Assembly: GCF_963921235.1 (NCBI RefSeq)
Contig: NC_086097.1
Span: forward strand, 156,180,001 to 156,244,000
Length of the DNA stretch: 64,000 nt
DNA from: Mobula hypostoma
Lineage: Eukaryota
Direction: 5' to 3'
The notes below the pieces were generated by a model. That model worked only from the letters and a program-made list of their open reading frames with translations. It was not told the DNA's origin and did not search any database. Below are positions 10,778-22,414 of the stretch, piece by piece (positions within the stretch are counted from its first letter, which is position 1; each line of letters starts with the position of its first letter). A program made the translations under genes and the position numbers.

Positions 10778-12500
10778 TACATAGAAACATAGAAAATCTA
10801 CAGCACAATACAGGCCATTCGGCCCACAAAGTTATGTTGAACACATCCTTACGTTAGAAATTACCTATGGTTACCCATAGCCCTCTATTTTTCTAAGCTC
10901 CACGTACCTGTCCAGGAGTCTCGTAAAAAAATCCTATCGTATCCGACTCCACCACCACCGCCAGCAGCCTATTCCATGCATTCACCACTTTCTGCGTAAA
11001 ATATTTACCCCTGACATCTCCTCTGTACCTTCTTCCAAGCACCTTAAAACTGTGCCCTCTCATGCTAGCCATTTCAGCCCTGGGAAAAAGCCTCTGACTA
11101 TCCACACAATCAATGCCTCTCATCATCTTATACACCTCTATCAGGTTACCTCTCATCCTTCGTTGCTCCAAGGAAAAAAGGCCGAGTTCAGTCAACCTAT
11201 TTTCATAAGGCATGCTCCCCAATCCAGGAAACATCCTTGTAAATCTCCTCCACACCCTTTCTATGGTTTCCACATCCTTCCTGTAATGAGGTGACCAGAA
11301 TTGAGCACAGTACTCAAAGTGGGTCTGACCAGGGTCCTATATAGCTGTAACATTACCTCTCGGCTCCTAAACTCAATCCATGATTGATGAAGGCCAATGT
11401 ACCATATGCCTTCTTAACCACAGAGTCAACCTGCGTAGCAGCTTTGAGTGACCTATGGACTAGGACCCCAAGATCCCTCTGATACTCCACTAATACTATA
11501 TACCATTAATACTATATTCTGCCGTCATGTTTGACTTACCAAAATGAACCACCTCACACTTATCTGGGTTGAACTCCATCTGCCACTTCTCAGCCCAGTT
11601 TTGCATCCTAACAATGTCTCACTATAACCTCTGACAGCCCTCCACAACCTTTGTGTCATTAGCAAATTTAATAACCCATCCTCCACTTCCTCATCCAGGT
11701 CATTTATAAAAATCACAAAGAGTCGGGGTCCCAGAACAGATCTCTAAGGTACACCACTGGTCACAGATGTCCGTGCAGAATATGACCCGTCCACAACCAC
11801 ACTTTGCTTTCTGTGGGCAAGCCAGTTCTGGATCCAGAAAGCAACGTCCCCTTGGATCCCACGCCTCCTTAGTTTCTCAATAAGCCTTGCATGGTGTACC
11901 TTATCAAATGCCTTGCTGAAATCCATATACACTACATCTACTGCTCTACCTTCATCAATGTGTTTAGTCACATCCTCAAAAAATTCAAACAGGCTCGTTA
12001 GGCATGATCTGCCTTTGACAAAGCCATGCTGACTATTCCTAATCATATTATGCCTCTCCAAATGTTCATGAATCCTGCCTCTCAGTATCTTCTCCATCAA
12101 CTTATCAACCACTGAAGTAAGACTCACTGGTTTATAATTTCCTGGGCTATCTCTACTCCCTTTCTTGAATAAGGGAACAACATCTGCAACCCTCCAATCC
12201 TCCGGAACCTCTCCCATCCTCATTGATGATGCAAAGATCATCACCAGAGGCTCAGTAATCTCCTCCCTCACCTCCCACAGTAGACTGGGGTACATCGTGT
12301 CCAGTCCCAGTGACTTAACCAACTTGATGCTTTCCAAAAGCTCCAGCACATCTTTTTTCTTAATGTCTGCATGCTCAAGCTTTTCAGTATGCTGTAAATC
12401 ATCCCTACAATCGCCAAGGTCCTTTACCGTAGTGAATACTGAAGCAAAGTACTCATTAAGTACCTCTGCTATCTCCAGTTTCATACACACTTTTCCACTG
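10778..12500 (-). mobile_element. CR1 LINE, 5'-truncated, frameshifted RT
   Basis: ORFs 11744-12490 (PEDWRVADVVPLFKKG, QHGF, DFSKAFD, SGVP) and 10893-11273; tail acatagaaacatagaa. Confidence 0.93.
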
Positions 12501-12559
12501 TGAATTTACTGTGAAAGTTCCTAAGGTAACAAGTCTGATTTAAACCTTGCTCATTTCCC

Positions 12560-12786
12560 TTTTAATGGACACTATCAGTTTGGTACACACTACTAATTTA
12601 TTGCACAGTCCCTGTTCGATAAACACAGATTTACTGAATGCATACCATTGAATTTAGCGTACACTGCCAATTTAATATTCACAAATTAATTTATACTCAC
12701 TGCCAATTATTGTATAATTCTGTTGATTTAATACACACAAAATTCAATATACACTGTCAATTTAATGTATACTGCCTATTTAATGC
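12560..12786. repeat. Degenerate AT-rich minisatellite (about 19-bp unit)
   Basis: Recurrent acactgccaatttaat, tcactgccaattattgtat, acactgtcaatttaatgtat and actgcctatttaatg. Confidence 0.6.
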
Positions 12787-13264
12787 TTCTGCATTCTCCA
12801 GTAGGGAGATAGGTTTCCCCATTTAGGCAAAAGATGTTGAAGTAAAGTTTAGAACTTGATTTTATGCCATAACTCTTATGATTTTAAAACACCTTGGATT
12901 GCCTCATAACTAATAAATGATTCCTGAACTGTAGTCTTATTATTCCAAGAAAATGCATCAGCAAATATTAACACAGAAAAATGCTACAAAATGATGTTGT
13001 GTAGCAGTTGATCATTTCAGAGTTGTTATTTGAACTATTAAATATTGAACTCCCCATCAAGAAGACTCCCTTCTATTTTACAAGTAGTGGTCTGAAACCT
13101 TTTAATTCCACCTTGAACGGGCCAGGATTTATATTCATATCTCATCCAACAGATGCACCTATGACAGAAAAATACTCTTTTATTGTAACACTGAAGAGTT
13201 TACCTGGCTCTAATGTAAAAGTGCCAAGCAGTTGACAGTCACTGCCCATTCCGTTGGAGGTTGT

Positions 13265-13640
13265 TAATGAGTACATTGAGGCATCCATTGGTCAGAATTG
13301 ACCATACTATTGTGCCCCGGTGGGTGGTCTAGATATACAAGACTAGGTAGTACGATATGGAGAGCAAGCTCCCCCTCTCCATGCATCTGATGAACCCAAA
13401 GGAACAGCAGAGGCCAACACAGTTTGGTACCCGAAGAGTCGCAGGACTTGCCAGTCAGTATTGAACTCAATGTAGGACTGCCTTAGAGACTCCAGCTCTG
13501 GATTTTTCCCTCGGTGTTTATTCCTGAAGCCTTTCTCTTGAGTGGGTATAGTGACAAGGCCGTAGAGATTTAAGATCAGAGTTTTCCTTCTCCTAGGTGA
13601 GCTGCCAACCACAGCTGACAAAACCCATTTGCCCGAAGTA
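13265..13640 (-). mobile_element. Probable RTE-related 5' UTR or SINE-like repeat
   Basis: GC-richer block resembling recalled fish RTE-type 5' regions (gagtgggtat, gagttttccttctcctag). Recognition from memory only. Confidence 0.4.
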
Positions 13641-14106
13641 CAACTAATACCATTATCAATGAAGCAAGCATGGACAAATTTAGAATGTCAATAACGATTA
13701 TTATAACCGTTGAAAAAATGTGTGCATTCTAATAACTGTTTTATTTTCCAAAGTATTGACTATGTTCAGTGATTTATTCAAGTGAATTAAGGAGATTAAA
13801 CCATTTTACAATTAAGTGAATAATTGGAATACAGACCCATCAAATCAATCTCTGTAAGCAGATGTCATGAGAGGAATGCATTAATGAGAAAGTGAAATTA
13901 AGTGAGATCTTCTTTTATCAGTTGCTATAATCCTTCTGGCCTTTGAAAGTTTCTGTGGTTCAATGAGTTCTTTTAGTGGATGAGGCAACAGTGGACTTTA
14001 TGTTTCACAGTACTGAGACAGTTACCTCGTTCTGTGGAACAATACCCCAAATGGACAAACAGCTCTGATGTTAATATGCCATCATAACTATACTTTCTCT
14101 AAAATA

Positions 14107-14655
14107 TACTCAGGGGCCACTTTATTAAGTACCTTCAGAACATTATAAATTGGCCACTGAATGTATGTTTGTGGCCTTCTCCACTGTAGCCCACCCACTT
14201 CAACATGTTATGTGCTCAGAGATGTTCTTCTACACACCACTGTTGTAACACATGGTTATTTGAGATACTGTCACCTTTCTGTCAGTTTGAACTAGCCTGG
14301 CCATTCTCCTCTGAACTCTCTCATTAATAAGTCATTTTTGTTTACAGAACTGCTGCTCACTGGAGGTTCTCTTTGTTTTCCAAACTATTTCCTTTAAGCT
14401 CTAACGACATGAAAATCCCAGGAGATCGGCAGTTTCTGAGATACTCAAACCATCTCGTGAGGCATCAACAATCATTCTGTGGTCAAAGTCACTTGGATCA
14501 CATTTCTTCCCCATTCTGATATTTGGTCTGAACAACAAGTGAACCTCTTGAGCATGTCTGCACACCTTTATGCATTGAGCTGCTGCCACTTGGTTGGCTG
14601 TTTAGATATTTGCATTAATGAGCAGGTGTACTTTATAAAGTGGCCGTTTCATGTA
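14107..14655 (-). mobile_element. Non-autonomous Tc1/mariner DNA transposon
   Basis: Imperfect TIRs tactcaggggccactttattaagtac and gtactttataaagtggccgtttcatgta; the minus strand encodes the Tc1 N-terminal HTH MGKKCDPSDFDHRMIVDASRDGLSISETADLLGFS. Confidence 0.85.
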
Positions 14656-15316
14656 CATTCTATGGTTACTGTTTGGTGAATTGCATGCAGATATTAAAAT
14701 GAAACACTCAGATTAACAGAGATGTTTGTCCAATGATGACAACAATTGATAGGCTCTCCTTTGACCTTCTTGGCTACTTATGATATCTGACATTTACCAA
14801 ACTGAAAAGTTATGCTAATGTGAATGAAAGACAATTCGAACCTAAAATAGAGTGTGGTAAAGGATGCAGGTTTTAGAACTGAAGTTAATATTGTTGAAAG
14901 AATTGTTTGATTAATCCCACCACCTTATTCTCCAATCACAGACCTGCCTATACACACAACGCAGCAAATCATTTTGACTGTTCACCCAATTGCTTTTGTA
15001 AAAAGTTACTGTTGAGTCTACTTCTACCATTCCACAGTACTGCAAAGCCTCTAGGTCTCCAGCAATTTAAATCTGACATCTCCACCTTACCTGACAAGAA
15101 AGATAACTTACTTAGTTTACTAAGATTTCCCAATTTGAATCCAGTGCCTCTTTCAGACTAGTCTTCAAGTCCAAACCAATAGATTGTACATTCACATGCT
15201 CAGTTCATAGTTCAGGGACCTCAAGGTTACAAGCAGACATTTTTGTTCATTTGATAATTCAAAGAGGAACATAACATGCAAACAGGCCCTTTGGTCAGTA
15301 AGTTCATGCCAACCAT

Positions 15317-16952
15317 CAAGTCAAGCCAAGTCACTTTTTATTGTCATTTCGACCATACCTGCTGGTACAGTACACAGTAAAAATGAGACAGTAGTTTTCA
15401 GGACCATGGTGCTACATGAACAGTACAAAAACTACACTGTACTATGTGAAGCAACACAAAACTACACTAGACTACAGACCTACCCAGGTCTGCATAAAGT
15501 GTACAAAACAGCGCAGGCATTACAATAAATAATAAACAAGACAATAGGCACAGTAGAGGGCAGTAGGTTGGTGTCAGTCCAGGCTCTGGGTATTGAGGAG
15601 TCTGATGGCTTGGGGGAAGAAACTGTTACATAGTCTGGTCGTGAGATCCCGAATACTTCGGTGTCTTTTGCCAGATGGCAGGAGGGAGAAGAGTTTGTAT
15701 GAGGGGTGCATGGGGTCCTTCATAATGCTGTTTGCTTTACGGATGCAGCGTGTGGTGTAAATTTCTGTAATGGCAGGAAGAGAGACCCCGATGATCTTCT
15801 CAGCTGACCTCACTATCTGCTGCAGGGTCTTGCGATCCGAGATGGTGCAATTTCCGAACCAGGCAGTGATGCAGCTGCTCAGGATGCTTTCAATACAACC
15901 TCTGTAGAATGTGGTGAGGATGAGAGGTGGGAGATGGACTTTTCTCAGTCTTCGCAGAAAGTAGAGACACTGCTGGGCCTTCTTTGCTATGGAGCTGGTG
16001 TTGAGGGACCAGGTGAGATTCTCGGCCAGGTGAGCACCAAGAAATTTGGTGCTCTTAACGATCTCTATGGAGGAGTCATCGATGTTCAGCGGGCAGTTGT
16101 CATTCCGTTTCCTCCTGAAGTCAACAACCATCTCTTTTGTTTTGTTCACATTCAGAGACAGGTTGTTGGCTCTGCACCAGTCCGCTAGCCGCTGCACCTC
16201 CTCTCTGTATGCTGACTCATCATTCTTGCTGATGAGACCCACCACGGCCATGTCATCGGCGAACTTGATGATGTGCTTTGAGCTGTGTGTTGCAGCACAG
16301 TCGTGGGTCAGCAGAGTGAACAGCAGTGGACTGAGCACACAGCCCTGGGGGGCCCCCGTGCTCAGTGTGATGGTGTTGGAGATGCTGCTTCCAATCCAGA
16401 CTGACTGAGGTCTCCCAGTCAGGAAGTCTAGGATCCAGTTGCAGAAAGAGGTGTTCAGGCCCAGTAGGCTCAGCTTTTCAGTCAGTTTCTGAGGAATGAT
16501 TGTGTTGAATGCTGAACTGAAGTCTATGAACAGCATTCGAACGTACGTGTCTTTTTTGTCCAGGTGGGTTAAGGCCAGGTGGAGAGTGATGGCAATGGCG
16601 TCGACTATTGAACGGTTGGGATGGTATGCGAACTGCAGGGGATCCAGTGAGGGGGGCAGCAGGGTCTTGATGTGCCTCATGACAAACCTCTCGAAACACT
16701 TTATGATGATGAATGTGAGTGCGACGGGATGGTAGCTGTTGAGGCAGGACACTGAAGACTTCTTCAGCACGGGAACGATGGTGGCGACCTTGAAGCATGT
16801 AGGAACGACAGCGACTCTCAGGGAGATGTTGAAGATATCAGTGAGAATCTCAGCTAGCTGGTCTGCACATCCTCTAAGCACTCTGCCAGGAATATTGTCT
16901 GGTCCAGCAGCCTTCCGTGGGTTGACCCTGCACAGGGTTCTCCTCGCATCGG
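15317..16952 (-). mobile_element. Rex1/Babar LINE, 5'-truncated, young
   Basis: (CTTGA)n-like tail; contains an open RT ORF. Confidence 0.92.
15574..16881 (-). CDS. Reverse transcriptase portion of Rex1/Babar ORF (435 aa, truncated copy)
   Basis: [37 protein letters not shown] and KFLG motifs, uninterrupted. Confidence 0.85.
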   Translation of the reverse strand: MLRGCADQLAEILTDIFNISLRVAVVPTCFKVATIVPVLKKSSVSCLNSYHPVALTFIIIKCFERFVMRHIKTLLPPSLDPLQFAYHPNRSIVDAIAITLHLALTHLDKKDTYVRMLFIDFSSAFNTIIPQKLTEKLSLLGLNTSFCNWILDFLTGRPQSVWIGSSISNTITLSTGAPQGCVLSPLLFTLLTHDCAATHSSKHIIKFADDMAVVGLISKNDESAYREEVQRLADWCRANNLSLNVNKTKEMVVDFRRKRNDNCPLNIDDSSIEIVKSTKFLGAHLAENLTWSLNTSSIAKKAQQCLYFLRRLRKVHLPPLILTTFYRGCIESILSSCITAWFGNCTISDRKTLQQIVRSAEKIIGVSLPAITEIYTTRCIRKANSIMKDPMHPSYKLFSLLPSGKRHRSIRDLTTRLCNSFFPQAIRLLNTQSLD

Positions 16953-17028
16953 CTCAGTCCTATTTTTAAGCTCCCTACTGACTTATCAAATTTCCCAAAT
17001 GAAATTTACAGTGCCAAATGTCCTGTTT

Positions 17029-17825
17029 ACATAAGAACATAAGAAATAGGAGCAGGAATAGGTCATCTGGCCCATCGAGCCTGCTCTGCCATTCAATAAG
17101 GTCATGTCTGATCTGGCCATGGACTCATCTCCACCTACCTGCCTTTTACCCATAACTCTTAATTCCCCAACAATGCAAAAATGTATCCAAACTTGTCTTA
17201 TGTATATTTACTGATGTAGCCTCCACTGCTTCATTGGGCAGAGAATTCCACAGATTCACCACTGTCTGGGAAAAGCAGTTCCTCCTCATCTCCATCCTAA
17301 GTCTACTCTTCCGAATCTTGAGGCTATATCTCCTAGTTCTAGTCTCACCTACCAGTGGAAACAACTTTCCAGTCTCTATCTTATCTGCCCCTTTCTTAAT
17401 TTTATATGTTTCTATAAGATCTCCTCTCATTCTTCTGAATTCCAGCGAATACAGTCACAGGCGATTCAATCTCTCCTCATAGTCTCACTCCCTCATCTCT
17501 GGAGTCAACCTGGTGAATCTCCTCTGCACTGCCTCCAAAGCCTCCTCAAGTAAGGAGACCAGAACTGCACTCAGTACTCCAGATGTGGCCTCACCAGTAT
17601 CCTGTGCAGTTGCAGCATAACCTTCCCGCTCTTAAATTCAATCCATCTAGCAATGAGGTCAACATTCCACTTGCCTTCTTGAAAGCCTGCGGCACCTACA
17701 AACCAACCTTTTGTAATTCATGCTCAAGCACTCCCAAGATCCTCTGCACGGCAGCATGCTGCGATTTTTTTTTTTACAATTTAAATGATAATCTGCTCTT
17801 TCATTTTTCCTTCCAAAGTGGATGG
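17029..17825 (-). mobile_element. CR1 3' fragment
   Basis: MRGDLIETYKI...RRNCFSQTVVNLWNSLP; tail acataagaacataagaa. Same subfamily as the copy ending at 63100. Confidence 0.9.
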
Positions 17826-18024
17826 CCTACCTGTGTCCTGATCACTGACTGCATTTGAGAGAAACTACTCCTGCTTCAGACTTTCACTAAAATGTTAATT
17901 CTATTTCTCCTTCTGTAGATGCTACTTGAGCCTCTTATGTTTTTTTTATTTCAGACTTGCAGCATCTGCAGTTTTTGTTTTGATTTTCACTTGTTGATGA
18001 TGGTACTTAGGGACAAATGCTGAT

Positions 18025-18698
18025 GAGGGGGGAGAAGATGGCGGCGCGACAACAGCATGCGCGGCCACTTCGGTGATGAATATCTGTTATCTGTCAAGTA
18101 GGGGTCCGTGCACAATTCTGATTTGATGGAAACAGACGTGAGAGCGTGGAGGAACATCTGGAGAAACTTCTGAAATGCCCGCTTCACTGCCGCTGCTACT
18201 GTGTGGTAACTGGAGTCTCTGGAGCTGAATGCCCCGAAATCCTCGGCTTTGCGTGTTTCAGCGGCCGGGGAGGGGTCGAAGGCACTCGGCAGAGGATGGC
18301 GCTCGGGAGGCTGTATTGGAGGGGCTGGTCGGAAGCTCGAAGTTTTCGGACGGATGGACTCAGTCGGCTGTGGTCGGCTGTTTCCAAGGTATCGGCAAGT
18401 TGACGGTGCCTGGAGGTTTATGGCAGGGAGTTTCTCCCGTTTGCCGCCATTATCGGGGTCTCGGGGGTCGATTGACTCGGAACTTTGAGACTTTTTTTTA
18501 CTGTGCCCATGGTCTGTTCTTTATCAAATGATGGTATTGCTTTGCACTGCTGTAACTATATGTTACAATTATGTGGTTCTGTCAGTGTTAGTCTTTGGTC
18601 TCTGGAAAAACATTGTATCATTTCTTAATGCATGTATACGTTTCTAAATGACAGTAAAAGAGGACTGAGTGTTCTCATAATCTAATCTAATCTAATCT
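18025..18698 (+). mobile_element. Non-coding CpG-rich retroposon with Rex/Babar-like ends
   Basis: Starts near AAGATGGCGGC, has a CpG-rich body and AT-rich 3' UTR, and ends in a (CTAAT)n tail; no recognisable protein. Confidence 0.55.
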
Positions 18699-19842
18699 GG
18701 ACACTTTACCTGTTAGAAATGAACAAATCACAGAAAAAAAATCTTGTACTGCTTCAAGTGGAGGTTGCACACTTGACCAGAATTGGGAGATCTCCAAGTT
18801 GTTGAAAAATAATAAAATGATGATAATGGTTTAGGTAGGGGTGGGGGGGGGTCTAGTGGGAATGAAGCAGTGTTGGGGATTCAGAGAGTGTGTTACATAA
18901 TTGAGTGAATCTGGTTGACAGTTGTTCTCCTTCAGCCAGAATGGTGATACTCCTGTATGGCCTTATTGTGTATCCCTTATGATCTAGCACAGCCATTTAA
19001 AATGTGCAGAAGTCTTCCAGGGCTTGACAGAAAAAATATGGAGCAAATGGCTCTCCTCTCTGTATGTCCAGAATTAGCATTCCCAGTCTCCTAATGAAAT
19101 ATATACCATTATGGACAAAAATAAGCACTATATCCTTCACCCAGGACATATTGTATCTTTAGAGTTCCCTATCCACAGTATATTCCATACAAATTATTAG
19201 ATTTATAAATATTAATGGAATCCAAACATAAGGGGTTAATGCCTGAAAGTGATGCTGCGATACAAGATTAGCCAAGATATTACTTAATGATGTAGAACAG
19301 GGGTCGGAAACCTTTTTGCCTCTGTGGGCCGGATCGCGTATTAATGAGCGGATGGTGGGCCAGATAAATGCCATAAAAAACTTGAAATATGGCAATTATA
19401 CATTTTTATACATCTAGTTATGTTTTGCCTCAAATTAATGAATAACGCATGCTAGAAAACCATTGCTGCTTAACCAAGGATGCCAATTAGTAATCAAAGA
19501 TCTGAGTTTAGTTGCAATTTATTTCAATCAAGGCATCTTTTGAATCTAGTAAAAGGACACAAAGAATCTTTAAACTTAAAACGTATGAACATGATGCTCT
19601 GAATGGTGGTAAAGTAAGTATAATAAAAAAGAAAGTTTTAATGCGAACAGTCGATAAATCAGTGTGAAACTTGATGCGGTTTGCGGGAATCTAGTGGCCA
19701 AGTGTCTTGGAAATTTCGGCACTCAGTGTCTACCTTCCTGCGTTTTGCGTTCATTGCCATTGGAATTTTTTTCTTTGATTTTATTTCGAAAGGCGAGTTA
19801 TTCAACAAGTATCGTAGCACATGTAAATATCTGGATATTTAG

Positions 19843-22414
19843 TACAAGGCTGTGTACTCAGCCCCCTGCTGTACTCATTGTACACCCATGATTGTGTAGC
19901 CAAGTTTCCATCGAACTCAATATACAGGTGTCCCCCGCTTTTTGAACGTTCGCTTTACGAAACCTCACTGTTACGAAAGACCTACATTACTACCCTGTTT
20001 TGCTTTCAGAAGGTGTTTTCACTGTTACGAAGAAAGGCTGTGCGTGATAAAAAATCAGTGTGCGCCCCGAGCAGCCACTCTGCCCCGGATTCCGAATGGC
20101 ACTGCTTTAACACGTTGCATTGAGCAGCCGTTAGCAAGATGAGTTCTAGGATGTCGGACAAGCCTGAAAGAGTAAGAGTGTTACACTTAGCGTAAAACTA
20201 GACATAATTAAGCGTTTTGATCGTGGTGAACGAAGCAAGGACAAAGTGAGTTTGGCTTGTGGAAGTTGACCAAGATGATGTTGAAGAGGTTTTGGCATCC
20301 CATGACCAAGAACTGATAGATGAACAGCTGATACAATTGGAAGAGGAAAGGATAACAATTGAAACCAAATGCAACTGAATGCAGTAAGTGAAGCAACTGC
20401 GTGAGATTTTCGCTGCAATGATAAAGTACGACTTTAATTTTGAAAGGGTACGTAGGTTTAGGGGATATTTGCAGGATGGTTTGAGTGCTTACAAACAACT
20501 GTATGATAGAAAAATACACGAGACTCAGCAGTCAAGCAAGCCTTCCACATCAGCCACAGCAGACGACGAACCTCGACCTTCGACATCGAGGTGGGCAGTC
20601 ATAGGAGAAGATGAGCTGCCTGCCCTGATCGACGATGAGATGACACCCCCGTGTCCCACCACCCCAACACCCGGGCCCCGGACAAATACTGTACCGAATC
20701 ACGAAGAACGCAGCGGTAGCCGGGAGGCACACAGCACATCTTTAAGAAAAAAGCCGAAGTAAACATGCTAATTAATTAGGTGCCGCCGACACGTAATTGT
20801 CAGCCCAGAACAGAGGCGATTCAATCGGCAATCGGCACTGATCTGGGCCAACAATTACGTGCTGGGCAGCACCTAATTAATTAGCATGTTTATTTCGGCT
20901 TTTTTCTTAAAGATGTGCTGGGTGCTTCCCAGCTACTGCTGCGTTCTTCGTGGCAATGTTTCGGGTCGGCAGCCCAGAGGGTGGGGGCCACTGCACCACC
21001 CAGCCTGCGACGACTCAGTCTAACACACCATCATCAGTCTGCTCAGCGCTGTTTTCCCAATTCCGGTAAGTGATATTACACTGTACATACATTATTTCTA
21101 CTTTATATAGGCTGTTTATTTTTACGTGTTATTTGGTAGATTTGGCAGCTTCATAGTTTAAAGGTTACTGGAGAGCGCGTTTATGCCAACAGCGCTTGCG
21201 TGAGATTTTCTGGCGACAGTGCTTGCGTGAGATTTTTGCTACGGAGATCTGTGCAGGCAATCGTTGTAGAGAAGTACGTATTTCTACTTTATATAGGCTG
21301 TGTATTTATCATATCATTCCTGCTTTTACTATATGTTACTGTTATTTTAGGTTTAATGTGTTATTTGGCATGATTTGGTAGGTTATTTTTGGGTCTGCGA
21401 ACGCTCACAAAATTTTCCCATATAAATAAATGGTAATTGCTTCTTCGCTTTATGACATTTCGGCTTACAAACCGTTTCATAGGAACACTCTACCTTCGGA
21501 TGGCGGGGGAAACCTGTATAAGTTTGCTGATGACACAACAATTGTAGACCGTATCTCGGGTAATGATGAGTTTGAGTACAGAGAGGAAATTAAGAACCTG
21601 GTGGCATGGTGCGAAGATAATAACCTATCCCTAAACGTCAACAAGACGAAGGAATTGGTTATTGACTTCAGAAGGAGTAGCGGACCGCACGGCCCAATTT
21701 ACATCGGTGGTGTGTAAATGGAACAGGTCAAAAGCTTTAAGTTCCTTGGGGTCAATATCACAAATGACCTGACTTGGTCCAACCAAGCAGAGTCCACTGC
21801 CAAGAAGGCCCACCAGCGCCTTTACTTCCTGAGAAAGCTGAAGAAATATAGCCTGTCCCCTAAAACCCTCACTAATTTTTATAGATGCACCGTAGAAAGC
21901 ATTCTTCTAGGGTGCATCACAACCTGGTATGGAAGTTGTCCTGTCCAAGACTGGAAGAAGCTGCAGAAGATCGTGAACACGGCGCAGCACATCACACAAA
22001 CCAATCTTCCGTCCGTGGACTCACTTTACACTGCACGCTGTTGAAGCAGTGCTGCCAGGATAATCAAGGACATGACCCACCCAGCCAACACAATTGTCAT
22101 CCCTCTTCCCTCAGGGAGAAGGCTCAGGAGCTTGAAGACTCGTACGGCCAAATTTGGGAACAGCTTCTTTCCAACTGTGATAAAACTGCTGAACGGATCC
22201 TGATCCGGATCTGAGCCGTACCCTCCAAATATCCGGACCTGCCTCTTGTTTTTTTTTGCACTACCTTACTTTCCATTTTTCTATTTTCTATTTTTGATTT
22301 ATAATTTAAATTTTTAATATTTACTATCAATTTGAGCGGGAAGCGCAGAATCAGCTATCACTGTGATGGTTGTACGTTCTAGTATCAATTGTTTGGCAAC
22401 AATAAAGTATAAAG
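19843..22414 (+). mobile_element. Rex1/Babar LINE 3' part nested in the hAT element
   Basis: [27 protein letters not shown] joins KFADDTT after removing 19925-21518; tail taaagtataaag; probable TSD TATTTAG. Confidence 0.88.
19925..21516 (+). mobile_element. Tigger/pogo-like DNA transposon, internally deleted
   Basis: TA TSD and TIRs CAGGTGTCCCCCGC / GCGGGGGAAACCTG; remnant peptides SVTLSVKLDIIKRFDRGERSKD (CENP-B-type HTH) and DDVEEVLASHDQELIDEQLIQLEEE. Confidence 0.88.
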
